Assembly: GCA_036172245.1 (NCBI GenBank)
Contig: JAYWIR010000006.1
Span: forward strand, 4,960,001-5,024,000
DNA length: 64,000 bases
Origin: Raillietiella orientalis
Lineage: Eukaryota
Direction of reading: 5' to 3'
Shown piece after piece: positions 1 through 12,800 of this stretch. Every line of letters starts with the position of its first letter. The first letter of the stretch is position 1. The position numbers and the translations under genes were made by a program. The notes below the pieces were generated by a model. The model saw only the letters and a program-made list of their open reading frames with translations, made no database searches and was not told the DNA's origin.

Positions 1-1047
1 CCTCGGGAAAGCATGAAGACGTCACAGGTAAAGGGAAAGCGGCGGCAGCGGCGAAAGTGTGCGCGGCGGACAACGACGCCGTCGCCGCAGCTCCGGCCGC
101 GCGGCTTTCCGGCGCACGCCGCGTCCGCCCGCGGTCCACAGAGGCGTGCGGTCCGTTGCCCGTTCTTCCATCGCTCCGCCTCCCTCCTCACGACCCCCGC
201 AGACCGGGATGCCTTCTGGTTTCCGACGTCCCTCTCCCACGAGTGGTTCTTGACCCACCCCCCTCATCCCACCTCCTCCCTCCCTTCCCTTCACCACCCC
301 TTTCTCCTCGAGTGCCCATACGGCTTCGACAGCTGCCACCCCCTCGGCTTGCGGGAGTCGCGCGTCTGCGCAAGCTGTGACGTTGCTTTCCGGGGCGGCC
401 GTGAGCCGCGAAGGGGCGGAAGGGAAAGGTGGGGTGGGAAAGAGGGCAGGCATGGCCGCAGTGACGGAGGGACCCCCCAGTGGCGTGCCTCCAGAAATCG
501 AAGGGGGTCCCTGGCGCGATATCCACGGCGTTACAGCAACATCCAGAAGGAACCTCCCCACTTCCTCCTGTCCAAGGCGCTGGACGCTCCCAGGTAGCCG
601 GGCAAGTCGGACACAGCAGTGACGGTAGTAAAGGGGACGATTGAGGGTAGCAGTGGTGCCAGGGGTACCGGTGAGGGAGGCTGGAGTCATCCCCCATCGC
701 GTCCTGACTCGCGTGAGGGCCTCCCGGGCGTGCGCTCGCGGAGAACGCCTGCCGTCTCCTCGACGCGCCTCCGGGAGTCTCCGTCACCAGGGAGACGGCA
801 TCTCCGGACCTACCGCGTACCCTTCGAGGAGCTCCAGGGTTTGAGCATCCTTCTTTTATCCTGGGGCAGGGGCTGGAGGGAGTCAGAAACAGGGTGCGTG
901 GGGCGGGCAGAGGGACAGAGGCAGTCGCGCCGGAGGGTGGACGGCCGCTGGACCACTCTGCGGAGGCGGCGTCGAGGAGACGGTTCCTGTCTACTCTAAC
1001 CCTCGACTTCTTCAGGGTTGGAAGAGGGACAGAGGCAGTTGCGCCGG

Positions 1048-3112
1048 ATGAGGGTGGAGGGCTGCATGGCTACCCAGGGGCGATTCCTAATCACTTCTGT
1101 GCCTTCCAGATCACCGGACTCGTGTGCTGCTGCTTCCTGGCGCTGCACGTCGTCGATGCACTCCCCGCCTCCTCCTACGGGGTCCCTTCTTCCCGGACCA
1201 GGATCAGCAATTCCTCCTCTTCCTCCTTCCCGGCTTACGAGGACACGCGATACGCGTTCCTGAGTCCCGGACAGGACGCTAGCTCTTCCCGGGAGTACGC
1301 AGTGGGCTACCAGTCCCCCCGCGGGCAAGAGGGCGGCGAAGGCGTTGCCCCCGGAGCGTCCCAGGCCCAGTCGCAGCAGGAGTTCGAGACCTACGCCGCG
1401 AGTTACGAGGACTCCGGCACGTATCAGAGACCCCAGCCCTCCCAAGCGGGAACGCAAAGAGATAAGGTCCTCAAGGACGCTCCCGTCGCCGCTGCCGCCA
1501 CCTACGAGGACGCGACTTCTCAGTACCGCGGACAGGAGTCCTCGGCTTCTGCCCTCGGAGCGCCTGCTGTCTCGGGATATGGCCAGCGGCGGCAGGAAGG
1601 CGACAGGCCCCAGGGATACCCCCGCGGCTACGGGCAGCTGGCGGAAGGCAGCGCAGCGAGCTACCCCGGGCAGGGACGACCGCAGACCTACGAAGCGGAG
1701 GAGGAAGCGGGGAGTGTTGGGCTGCCCTCTGCCGCCGCAAGGGGAAGGAACGGTGCTGCCGGAGCTCGGCAGCAGCAGCTCGCCCCATCTTACGAAGGGG
1801 CGTGGGTGAGCGGCGGCAGTGACTATTCCGGGCAGCAGCTGTCCTCTTCGAGCTCCCATCGGCCTGAGGTAACGGGCGAAGGGTGCGCGCGCAGACCCGA
1901 ACCTTCTCCCTCCCTCCCCCTACTCCAGAGCCAACCCGGCTACGCCTACGCTTCGGATAGGAGGCCACAGGAGAGCGCACAGGACTCCTCCTACCAGAGG
2001 AGACCCTCCGGAGGGGCGCAGACCTATTACCCCAAGGAGGGAACCTCCTCTTCTTCGTCGTCGTCGACGCAGGTCACTCGAGAGGGCGAGGAAGGCCACG
2101 AGCACGAGGTGCGACCCCTCCCCCTGCCCTCCCCGTCCAGCCGCTCCTCTCTCTTTCTTGCAGAAGGGCATGCCTTACTCGTTCCACTATTCGGTGAAGG
2201 ACGAGCCCACCGGGAACGACTACTCCCGAGAGGAGAAGAGCGACGGGGAGGTGGTCACGGGACGCTACCAGGTTCTGCTCCCCGACGGGCGGACGCAGGT
2301 CGTGACCTACCGGGCTGACTGGAAGAACGGGTTCACGGCCCGCGTGGAGTACATCGGGGAGGCGACCTACGAGTCCGGCGATGGCTCCGCGGCGCAAGGA
2401 TCGGTGAGTGCGGGGAGGGAAGAGGAGGAGCATTTCAAGCGAGCGCCCGGCTTTCCCTTTTTTCTCCTTTCTTTTCACCTCGGCCTCCCCTTCCCGGCAG
2501 CGGACCAGCGGAGACCGCTACTACCAGTCCGGCGACCGCTCCCAGAGGCCCGCAGCTGACGACGGGAGGACGGCCTCGGCCAGCCAGCAGCGGCAGCAGG
2601 GTTACCAGGCGTTCGGCGCCTCCCGGCAGCCGCAGCAGGGCTACCAGTCGGCATCAGCCTCCGCGGCGCAGCAGGGTTACCAGACTTCCTCTCCCCAACG
2701 GCAGCCGCAAGATTACCAGTACTCCTCCGCAGCCCAGCAGCAGCAGCAGCAGGGTTACCAGACCTCCGGCTCGCAGCAGCCGCAAGATTACCAGTACTCC
2801 TCCGCGGCCCAGCAGCAGCAGCAGGGTTACCAGACCTCCGGCTCGCAGCAGCCGCAAGATTACCAGTACTCCTCCGCGGCCCAGCAGCAGCAGGGTTACC
2901 AGACTTCCTCTCCCCAACGGCAGCAGCAAGATTACCAGTACGCCGACGCCGCCCAGAAGCAGGCTTACCAGACTGCCTCCTCGCAACAGCTGCAGCGGCA
3001 GGATTACGAGCCTGCTTCCACCTCTTCCTCCCAGAAGCAGGGATACCAGACCTACGAAGACGGGCAAAGCAGCGAGACAAGGGGCTCCCAGAACCGTCGA
3101 TTCGGCTACTGA
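1048..3112 (+). CDS. Pro-resilin-like cuticular protein with a Rebers-Riddiford (Chitin_bind_4) domain, spliced, ~598 aa
   Basis: Exons 1048-1053 (uncertain first exon, MR), 1110-1868, 1929-2108, 2164-2403 and 2501-3112, joined by GT-AG introns of 56, 60, 55 and 97 nt. Signal-peptide-like start (MR)ITGLVCCCFLALHVVDA. R&R consensus GMPYSFHYSVKDEPTGNDYSREEKSDGEVVTGRYQVLLPDGRTQVVTYRADWKNGFTARVEY. Q/Y/S-rich C-terminus, TGA at 3110-3112, AATAAA at 3189-3194. Confidence 0.88.
2630..3060 (+). repeat. Coding tandem repeat of ~60-66 nt units (QQQQGYQTSGSQQPQDYQYSSAA) in the cuticular protein
   Basis: Near-identical units CAGCAGGGTTACCAGACCTCCGGCTCGCAGCAGCCGCAAGATTACCAGTACTCCTCCGC that differ mainly in CAG run length. 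Confidence 0.9.
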
Positions 3113-3188
3113 GGCGGCCGGAAAGGGGCAAGGTTCCCTCTTCTCTCCCCCTCCTGCCATCTTCCCCTTCGAAGGCGCGCCGCGCGCT

Positions 3189-3194
3189 AATAAA
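3189..3194 (+). terminator. Polyadenylation signal of the cuticular protein gene
   Basis: AATAAA ~77 nt after the stop codon, in an otherwise very GC-rich context. Confidence 0.6.
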
Positions 3195-5639
3195 CGAACC
3201 CCGACCCCGCCCGTTTTGTTTCCTTCCTGCGTGTCCGGAAAGCGCTGAGTCCCCTCCAGCGAGCTGCCCCTGGCGAGGCGAGGCGCTGCAACCCTCTCGA
3301 AATCCGAGCCGGATGTGCCCCGGCTCTCCCGGAGGGATAGACGACGACGACGCGATGGAAAAGGAGACAGCGGGAATAAGAGGTGACGGCGCGACGCCGC
3401 GACCGCGATCCGGAGTCTTCCAGCACCGCAGTCAGGGTGCGGCCGGAAGGCCTCCAGCCGCAGGCTCGAGGATGGCGATCGCCAATGACCGCGGGAGCAC
3501 GACCGGAGTCTCCCGGTCGCACCACGGACGTCGACCCGCTGGTGCGGCTCAGGGAGGGGGGCATCTCTCAGTAAAGTGCCCGAGGCCTCGGGGACTGTCG
3601 GAGTCACTTCCGCCTCCTCCGCGGCGCCTCTCCGCCGCCGGGCCTTAGGCTGCGCCACCCGAGAGCGCGCCGACGGCTCTTCTTGGGAGATGAATCCAGC
3701 GCGCGCCCGGAACCGAGCGCATAGAGCCGGTTTCCCAGGGAGGACGGGCAGGCGGGTCCAGGTTTCCCCCATATCCAAAATATCTGAAGTCTTTCCTGGG
3801 AGGGAAGCCGGGAAAAGGTCCTGCGCCGAAAGGAGCCCGCCGGGGATCGACTGCCGGAGGTCAGGACTGCATCTCGAGGAGGGGACCGACTTCCAGATCG
3901 AGCGCGTCCGTACGCCCCCTTGTCAAGGCAGCACCTTCCCCCCTTTCCCCTCCTGGAAGGCGCGGAAGTTTACGGCTTCCTCAGCGTCGCCTAGGAGACG
4001 GACGCCGAGCCTCCTCCTCGAGATGTGAAGGAGGCGCGGTGGTGGGTGTCACGACGGGGAAAAAAAGGGCCTCGGAGACCGATAAATCAAGGAGCGGCAA
4101 CGCCTTCCTGCGGTCCATCTTCTGGAACCACGGACCGAAAGGGGAATGGACCTTCAACCTCCGTCTGCGAGACGGGCGGCCGCCTCCCTCCCCCCTCCTG
4201 CCTGCGGAAGGAACACCCTTGGAAAATGCTGACCGGAGAAGGAAACGCTTGCCTCTTCGTCACCAAGCAACCAGCCGGCCGTTTCCTCTCGCCCTCCTCT
4301 CTCTCCGGCCTACGCTCCCACGGTCATCCCTCATCCGATCAGGAAAGGAGTGAGCTGGCAAGCATGGCTCCAGAACTACCCTCGAAGGCCCGCCTAGTAG
4401 TGCTGCAGGGGACAAGAGGAGCTGAACGAAGGGACGTCTTCCGCCGTGGACCGCTAAGAATCGGTCGAATTCATGGTGGCAGTGAGGCAGGTGAGGAGTG
4501 ACGTATTGGACCACCAAATCGGCGCCATCGACGCGCCGTTTCTGTCCGCCCGACACCGACCTGGTAGCATCCAGAATTTTGCCTTTGGTCATTTGGTCGC
4601 CATTTGGTCACTATATCGTCGGGAGATGCACCTTTTCTCCTCCTCCTCCCTTCCTTTTTTTCTCTTCCTCTCTTCCTTTTCCTTCCTTCTTTCCTCTTCC
4701 TCTCTTTCAAATCCTTTCACCTTTCGGATCCGGAAGGACCTAGGGATGAGTTATTTTCCCTTGCAAGCGCCGTTCTCAGATTCGATTTGGCAACCACGTT
4801 CAGGATCTCCTGTCTCCGACAGCAGCAACAGACAGGCAGATCTGCCCCGAGTGCGCTCATCGCCGAGATTCTGTCTCCTCACATGGTTTCACTTTCCTTG
4901 TGACCGCTTTCGAGTGAGATGAGAGGATAGGGAGACAGCCGGGGTCCTGGCAACGAGAGAAAACGCTAGACGACTTCTTGCCAATGGACAGCCGTCCCCG
5001 CTTCGCGGATTGCGGAATGTGGCGCTACCGGCGGTCACAAGTGAGGGACCTCCAGCCACCCCCTGCACACGCGGCAGCTCCTGCGGCGGGGGGCAATGCT
5101 CATGGAGCGAGGGAGACGTCTATTCATCCGCCGTTGCTAACCATATGAGAAGCCCGGGTTGAAATGTCGCCCGGGACACCATCCTTCCCTTCCGTCACCT
5201 TTCTTCCCCTTCATCAGCTGGTGACCCTTCCCGGTCGGCGGCCAGTCGGCAGCGTTTGGACGCCCTGAGCCGGACGAGGCGGCGCCAGCTCCCCTGTTCG
5301 TCACTCCGGTTCCCATCTGCGTCGTCCTGAGTAGAGAAACAGAAGGATGGGATTCGGCGAGGGCACCCTCACGCGGTCATTGCTCTTCCTGAGGCGAGAG
5401 TCGGGAGGATCCCGGAAGGGTGAGGTGGCAAGAATGCCCTCAGGGGGCGAGGGAGGAAAAGATGGAGATGGAGTGTGGAAGCGTGGACCTGCTTGGGGCC
5501 ACCAGGGAGAAGAGGAAGGGAGGGCGGTCTGCATTAACTCCTTCCTCTCCTTCCCTACGAGGAAGGGGAAGTAAAATAGGAAACAGTTGTCGGATGGAAA
5601 AGAAAGAAAGGATCGCTGCTGTCCACAGGAACAGCCTGC

Positions 5640-6450
5640 GTGATCGCACGCCATTCCCCGAGGCACGCATCCGCCTCGGTCCCCCATCCCTCTGGAGGAC
5701 CCAAGGAGGGTCCGCCGCGGCGTCCCGTGGCCTCCCCGGATCTCCCGGCTGCCGACGGCTGCAGGCCACCGGGACCGGACGATCCGGGGGAGGTCGGACC
5801 TGACTCTATCCCCACGCCAACAGCGGTAAACAGAGGGGAAGCGCCGCGTGGAGGCCGCCGGGGTCAGCCGAGATAGGGGAAGCGCGCGGGAGGGGCAGCG
5901 AGGGGTGCACCGCCTTCCTCCCTCCTTAAGACGCCTTCCTCTGCGAGACGCGCTCGAGTGAGCACTCCGTCGCCTGCCGGCATCCAGATGAGGAGGCCCT
6001 TTGCAGCCCCTCTTCTCCCTCGGACGCCCCAACCCGATCCAAAGAGCCGGACTTTAGGGTTCTCCTCTGGGGCAAACCGAAGTGGCATCCGCGAGACGGA
6101 GGTCGCCTCGTTAGGGAGCTCTCCTTTCGGGAGCGGGAGAAGTCTCCCCGTCCGAGGCCGGAGGGGCCTACCGGCAGTCGCTCGAAGTTCCCCCGCCGCG
6201 CGGGGAGATTTGCAAGACGTGCGGGCTGGAGGCGGCGACGGGAGGCCGCGGGGCACGTCCGCACCGAACGAAGGGCGCGCAGGATGGGCAGGAGGGGAGT
6301 GGAGGGTGAGAAAGGAGGGAGCTGGGAGAGGGAAGCACTGCCTGCAGGCGACGGGAAGCGCCTGCGCGCGGGGACGGTGACCCGCAGCGCCTGGAGGAGG
6401 AGAGCGGCGGAGTCCCGCAGTCGGAGGCGTCCTGGCGCGCGCAAGACGGA
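5640..6450. repeat. GC-rich dispersed repeat, inverted partner of ~35310-35900, with a 227-bp identical core at 6151-6377
   Basis: 6151-6377 is the exact reverse complement of 35356-35582. The flanks (5690-5960 vs 35650-35890; 6400-6445 vs 35315-35350) are homologous but diverged. Confidence 0.85.
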
Positions 6451-7579
6451 CGGACGCCCCGTCCCCGAGCGGCCGTCCGGCAGCCGTGACATCTCCGGTG
6501 CCCACCGGCGGACCCGGACCTAGGTGGATGCTCGGGCGGCGATCGCGGGCGATCGCCGGGCCGCGGTCCAGGGAGACGGCGGGGCGTCGCCGTCGCCCCG
6601 GGCTCCCTCGTCCGCCCGAGGGCTGCGGCGGCAGGGAGGCGGCGGTTGCCTCAAAGGCAGGGTCGCCCTGCGGAGAGTCGGAGTCACCGACCGGCGTGCG
6701 TTGCCCATCCGTCGTCGGTGGCCCTGAACCCTTTTCGCCCACGTGGATCCGGTTGGTGTGGGGCGTTCGCCTCCTCTGCCTGAGCCGCTCCTTTGCCGGG
6801 CGCGCAGGCAGTGCTTCCTACCGGTATGTTTGGCTCTCCCGGTGCGGCTGCCTTTCCCGGCATCCCGGGAGATCCCGAAGTCATCTCAATGCAAGCTTCG
6901 AGGTATCTCCACGGAAACGAGAAGGAAGAGGGAAACAAAGGAAACCCTCCAGCGCTTTCGGTACCCTCAAGCTCTGGAAAGTCCTCGATTAGGAAGGGGA
7001 GGGAGTCCCGAGGCTCCTGCAGATGTTTCGGAGAAGAGGCGCTAAGAGAAAGGGGGACTGCGGGAAGACACGTCTTGTCCCCGCTACCTCGAGCGCTCGC
7101 CGCTCATGTGAACGCTGCATGGGTGGCTTCATGGGGAGTGGGTCCGGAACTCCTGCCTCCCTTTCCAAGTGGCTGCTCAACTTCCAGCGGTCCCATAGGG
7201 AATTCCGGGAGTCGCCTTTCCCATCTGCGGCCCGAACGCCCAAACCCTGTGGCGTCCTTCCTCAGACACCTCTCCCTAGGTCCATCCCTTCCCTTTACCC
7301 GCACGGTCCCGTCGAGAATAGACCCACTTTCCACCCTCTGTAATCAGCACTTTTCTCCCTACCCTTACCCCACTCCTTGGTTTTTTTTGCATCGGATCAG
7401 GTCCCCAAGTACGCCTACGGGCAGCAGTAATCTGCCAGCGTGAGGGAAAGGGAAGGACGCCAGCCCCCGTGCTCGTCTGCCGCATTGAGCACGTCTCCAC
7501 GGCAACGGAGGCCGCACTTGGCTTCGAAGAGCTCCAGCGTTGTAGGAGCCGGAGAGAAACAGGCAGTCCAGTCGGTGGT

Positions 7580-7770
7580 TCCTTCTCCTCCTTCCTTACT
7601 CCTCCTTCCCCTCCATCTCGTCCCTTCCCCCTTCCTTCCCTTCCCCCCCCCCCTTCCCTCCTTCTCCAGCTCGTCCCTTCCTCTTTTCTTCTTCCTTTCT
7701 TCCTCCTTCCTTCCTTTCTCCTCCTTTCTTCCTCCTCCCTTCCTTTTCCTCTCCCTCCTCTCGAGCTTGA
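7580..7770. repeat. Polypyrimidine (CT-rich) low-complexity tract
   Basis: Nearly pure C/T on +. Similar purine/pyrimidine tracts at ~4630-4710, 11300-11460, 38450-38570 and 47200-47370. Confidence 0.85.
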
Positions 7771-8574
7771 ACTTTCCTGCTGGCACCAGAACCCCGGAGG
7801 CCGTGAAGCCGAGAAGACGAGGAGAGGACGAGGAGCGGCCTGCGGAAGCAGAGGTCGCCGGGTGACCTTCCGATTGCCGTGAGGGAGTATCTCCTCGGCC
7901 GGGCGCTGTTGTCGAGCGAGCCCACACGCGACGACCACCGACCGTCGCCGGCACCTCCCGAAGCCTCGCGGGCAGCGCAGCTTCGGTGGAGCGCGGGGGC
8001 GGACGGGTCACGCGGTCCCCAGCGCAACTCTTCACCTTCCCTTGTCCGAGAGAGTCCGAAAGGATCTGCGCGTGGATGCAAAAAGTGGGCAGCGCTCTGC
8101 TCCGCCAGCGGACGACTTCGGGGCCCTCGCTCCCGTCTCTCGTCGCAGCTCCGTGGGGCAGAGTCTGGGGTTGGAAAAGGGGAGGGAAGGAGAGTACGGC
8201 GATCCACGCCGTCCGGAGGAGCTGCTGTCCCTGCGGCAATCCCAGGTAGCGCCTCAGGGACAGCACGCGCATACGTGCGGTGCCACGCAGGAGGGGGGGA
8301 GCCATGCCTCGTTCGCTGTTCCGTGCAACTCTGAGCGGTCTACGTTGTCTGGGCAACCGCCTCGTACGTCTGTCTGAGAGCAAGCCCCTGTCCTCGAACG
8401 AAGGCCCCATGAACAGGCAGCACCATCAGCGCCTGGGGGCGCGGAGCCACCACTTCACCTCAAAGCGGCACCAGAGCTCCTCGTCCATCGAGGTCACGGT
8501 CATCTCAGGATGGCGCAGAAGACTCTCGGATCGCGGCATGTCTTCGCTCCTCCCGCCCTTGGCTGCGTCGACCC

Positions 8575-8625
8575 TTTCCCCCAGGCGGGACTCGAATCAG
8601 CGACGCCTGGCGCCTGCGGCCGCCA
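8575..8625 (-). mobile_element. tRNA-derived SINE head remnant
   Basis: Minus strand reads GGCGCCAGGCGTCGCTGATTCGAGTCCCGCC, matching the family head GGCGCTAGGCGTCGCGGGTTCGAATCCCGCC. Confidence 0.55.
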
Positions 8626-9404
8626 GTTCGCGCCGACAAGCAGCACATGCGCTTACGTGAGGGAGCCAAGAGGCGGATCTCCAGGAAAACGGCTGGGCAC
8701 TTCTGGTCGGAGGCCGAGAGCGAGGAGCTGGGGGTGGTGGCAGCGACGGAGGACGAAGCTCCCTTAGGGCCTTTTCAGGGCGCCTAGATGGCGCACCGGC
8801 AAGACTGTCCCACGGCGATCTAGGAGGCGTTGGCTGAGGCCGCCGCACGCCTGGAGAGGTTCGCCTATCTGCGACTTCCGGCAAGTGACCCCGGAGGATC
8901 CTTTGACTCGACGCCTGTGGGCACGCCGCACTGTACGGAGCGACCCTCGCCTGCGGAGGTATCTCGACAACGATCTGCTAAGAGTCGCCCTTGGCATGAA
9001 CAAGTGAATGGGGGGGAGGGCCTGCGGGAGCGAGACGGAGACGAGATGGCCTTCCGGTGCCCCACTGGACAGTCCGTGGAGGGCGGAAATCCGTCGACGG
9101 GATGCAGTAGAGGAGTCGTGGGCGGCCGCTACGCGTTCGGGAAGTCCTGCGAGTCCACCGAGTGACGAGGGAGGGTAAGCGGGTGGTTGAGGAAAAGGTG
9201 CGAAGGGATGAAGAGTGGATCGTGCAAGGGAAGCGAGCCATTGGAGGCGGAAATCGAAGGAAGAAAAGTATCTCGTTCCCGGTCATCTGCTTCGTTCCCG
9301 GAGCAGAGGCGCCGGCAAGGGTAACGTCGCACAAGTCACAGCTCTTCACGGATGCGTCCTCTGGGAAGCATAGTCCCGGTCGTGGTCTCCAACGTCGTTG
9401 TCTT

Positions 9405-9895
9405 AGGAGGAAGAGGAGAAGGAATTGGAGAGAAAAAGAGGAGGAGGAGGACTGAAGGGGGAAGAGGAAGAGAAAGAAGGAATGAAGAAGAGGAGGAAAG
9501 ACCCAAAGGAAAGAGGAAGGGAAAGGAGGAGCACGAGAGGAAAACAACGAGACAAGGAGGACGAGGAAGAGAAAGAGGAAAGAAGGAACAAGGAGAAAGA
9601 AAAGGGGGGGAGAAGAAAGAAGGGGAGAAATAGGGAGGATGAGAAGGAAGAGGAAGGGAAGCTGAAGAGAAACAGAAGAAGAGTAAAGTGGGAGGAAAAG
9701 AGGAGGATGCGGAAAGGAAAAGGAGCAGGAAGAATATGGAGGAAGGAGGACGACGAGGAATGGAAGAGGAGGAAGGAGAAAAAAGGAAGACGGAAGCAAG
9801 GAAGAGGCGGAAGAAAACACGAGGAAGGGAACAGGAGGAGCAAGAGGGAGATGGGAGGAGAAGAACGACGAGAAAAGGAGGAAGAGGAAGGGAGT
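9405..9895. repeat. Long polypurine (GA-rich) low-complexity tract
   Basis: ~490 nt of nearly pure A/G on +. It produces spurious E/K/R-rich and F/S/L-rich ORFs. Confidence 0.9.
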
Positions 9896-12800
9896 AGCTG
9901 CGGAACTGAGGCATGCTTGGTGCTCCAAAAATACCAGACGTAGAAAAGGACTAGCAGCTCCTCCTTCCTGCCCCTCTCCCGATAGTCGCTTGCACGATGC
10001 CCGGAAGGGGTGTGGTGCACTTCTCTGCCCTGTTCGACTGCGAATGCCTGCTACAGCTGCGACCTCGCGTCCTCCTTCTCCAAGGGAGCATCCGTCGTCC
10101 TCAGTCCGGAGGTTTGTCCTTTCTGGGCATCGTTCCGAGGGACCTGGGAGCACGCTTGGTATCTAGGGAGCAGGACGCTCGTCGGAAGCTCTCCCGGCTG
10201 CCCCGCCAGGAAGCGCTGGGAAAGTCGCTGCTCCGTCCTCATGCGCGTGCGCGGAACCGACGTCGCCGCTGGGGACACCCTCGGATGATCCGTGGCGAGG
10301 TCAACGAAGGCCCTCTCTTCCTCTGCCTCTCCCCCTCTCTGGAGACCCATCAGCGGGCGGTGGAGGAGGAGGGGAAGGGAAGGGAAAAACCTCTGTCGCA
10401 TTCCCGCCGTTCCTTCCTCCGTTTTTCTCTCGTCCTGCCCGCCCACGCAGATCAGGGAAAACATCTTCCCTCCCTCCTCCCCCCGTCTCCCGGGAGACGC
10501 GCACCTCTCCCGCCGCCGCCTCGCGGGCAAGGCGCGTCCGCAGTGAGAATTGCCCAACAGTCCGTGAGAGGCCTCTCGGTTGCCGCGCGCCTGACATCTG
10601 ACCTTCGGGCGCTGCTGCCTGCCCACTTGCGGTTCCTCTCCGTCACTGCTCTCCGCAGGCCATCGTGACCACCCTCGTAAATAATCAGCAATTATCCAGC
10701 ATTGGAGCCGTCTGCCCCTCATCTCGGGGCGCTTCCTCTTGCAAAACGATGGAGGTCTCGAAGGTTGGAGCGGGGAGCGCTGGCAAGGCGTTTTTGGTGG
10801 CGCCAAGGGCCCGACGCTGCCGTCGCGCGGGCGCAGCTCGCCAGGACTGGTGAAGACGATGGGTGTAGCCGATGAAGGGGGGAGGGGAGGAAGCCGAACT
10901 GCTGCTGCGGCGGCTGAGACGGGCGCAGTCTGAGAGGCCGAGCAAAAAAAAACAGTTCGCAAGCTTCCCAGCTCGGGCCCCTCGCATGGGTTCCCGGCCC
11001 TTCCGGCAGGAGGGATGGAGAAAGACTCGGGTGACTTCCGGATCAAGTACTCCATTTCCCCAGGGAGACAGATCTCTACCCAGGTGATGCCGCGAGCAAG
11101 TCGCTTCCCTTCCTTGCCCGCCCACTCATCTCCGCCTCGCAGCCTCTTTGTGCAGGATCCCCTCACCGACATGTGCGAATTGTCACTCTTTGTACCGTCT
11201 TCCCTCTCGCCGAACCCAGGGACTGCCCCTACCAAGGATGCCAACCTCGAGGCAGCATGAGCAGTAGGGATCATGTTGGTCTTTTGGGAGAGTAGAGAAC
11301 GAGGAAGAGGACGGGAGTAAAAGTGGAAGCGAGGAGGAGGAGGAGTAATAGAGAAGGGGGAAAAGATGGAAGGGGAAGCAAAGAGGAAGAAGAAAAAGGG
11401 AAGAGGAAGGGAGGAAGAGAGGGAGCAGGAGGAAGAGGAAAGGAAAGAGAGGAAAGTCAGACGCAGGTCAAGATTACCGGGGGGTGACCTGGAAGCACTG
11501 GTATCGGGAATCAGGGTTCTTGTCTTCGGGGCCCGTTGCGGTTTCGTGGCGGCGAGGGCGGTGTCCCAGCGCGCCGGCAGCTTTGGCCGCGTAGCGGGAA
11601 GCAGCAGCCGAGCCACTTCGGTAGATGCGATGGGCGGGGGCATGACGCGAGTTCGGCTTGGAGCGACGTGAGAAAGGGATATGTCGAGATTCTTCTTCAA
11701 GTGACGCGGGCTGGAAGATTAGCAGTCGGTGCGCCCACTAGACTTCGGCCAGCGCGATCCACGCCAAACCCTCGTGAGCAGCAACGGCGAACCTTCCTTG
11801 ACGGCCCACGCAAACCAGCCGCCATCTTCACCTTGCAAATCCTGTAAGCACTCGAGATGGCGGCCGGGAAGTCCTCCCGTATTCTTCCTGGCTCCATACC
11901 CATGATTTCCCCATTAGGTCACGGACTTATCTGTCGCACCCTGAAGAAACACAGAGCTACGAGCGCCTAGCTTTGTGCCTCTCGAACCGCGTACATTTAG
12001 GCAGGCTTCTCTTCCTCCTCTTCCCTTTCTTTTTCGCTTCCTCTTCCACCCCTTCCCTTCCTCTTCCCTTTCCCTTCAGAACAGAAGTGACCACTTTTGT
12101 CGCCTGGGGCCACCAAGCAGTCTTGCGTCGACTGCGGCGAACGTAGCTCCGATTCCGTTAGTGGCGGAATTTCTGCGGAAATCCGGCGTTCGAGGGATGC
12201 CGGTGGAACGGGGATTCCAGCAGTCGTGCGGCGCTGCGGTCAGGTTGGAAGATGAGCACGAGGCGGTGTACCGTTGGTGTAGAGATGAGGTGTGGGGGAC
12301 ACACGGCTTCTTGTTATTGGTGTCTTGGCTCGAGGTGATGAAGATGCTGACCAAGAGGGTGCGTGGTAAAGACCAGAGACCTTCCGGGTCGCGACTGCTT
12401 TTTTTTTTCCCCTTTTTATTGCTGGACTGCTTGTCTGCAAATCGTGATTGCAGGGGAATTGCCTTTTGCAGGCCATCTTGCTCGAGATAGAAATGCCCTC
12501 AGGGAGTGGAGCGAGTAAATTAAAGGATGCTTGGCATTTTGTGTTTTCACTTTTGTTGGGGTTTTCAGGTGGTTTTCGATGAGGCAGGCGGATGTCTTCA
12601 CCCTCGTGTAGACGATGAGTGCTTAACTGCTATGGCTGCTGCCACGCCTGACAACAGGTTCCAAGTACATCCGCTCCCCCCCTCCTTCGCCCAAATTGGT
12701 TGCTTCCAGGGTTCAGTTAATGATCCATTGTCAAGAGGTATGCATGATGGACATGCTGGTGTGTTGCACTGAAGATGCTGCGGCATCGTAGCTCCGGACA

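Noticed and set aside
911..1062. ~35-bp direct repeat (GAGGGACAGAGGCAGTYGCGCCGGA) upstream of the cuticular gene
   Set aside because: It is real but short and two-copy, with no evidence of function beyond a local duplication.
1066..1109. Non-canonical GG-AG 32-nt first intron in the cuticular gene (MATQ|ITGL)
   Set aside because: A canonical GT-AG alternative (ATG AGG|GT at 1054 to AG at 1109) gives the same frame, so there is no need to invoke GG-AG without transcript data.
4498..4622. Small imperfect inverted repeat (GACC..AAAT / ATTTGGTC) as a MITE
   Set aside because: The arms are too short and degenerate, with no second copy or target duplication in the window.
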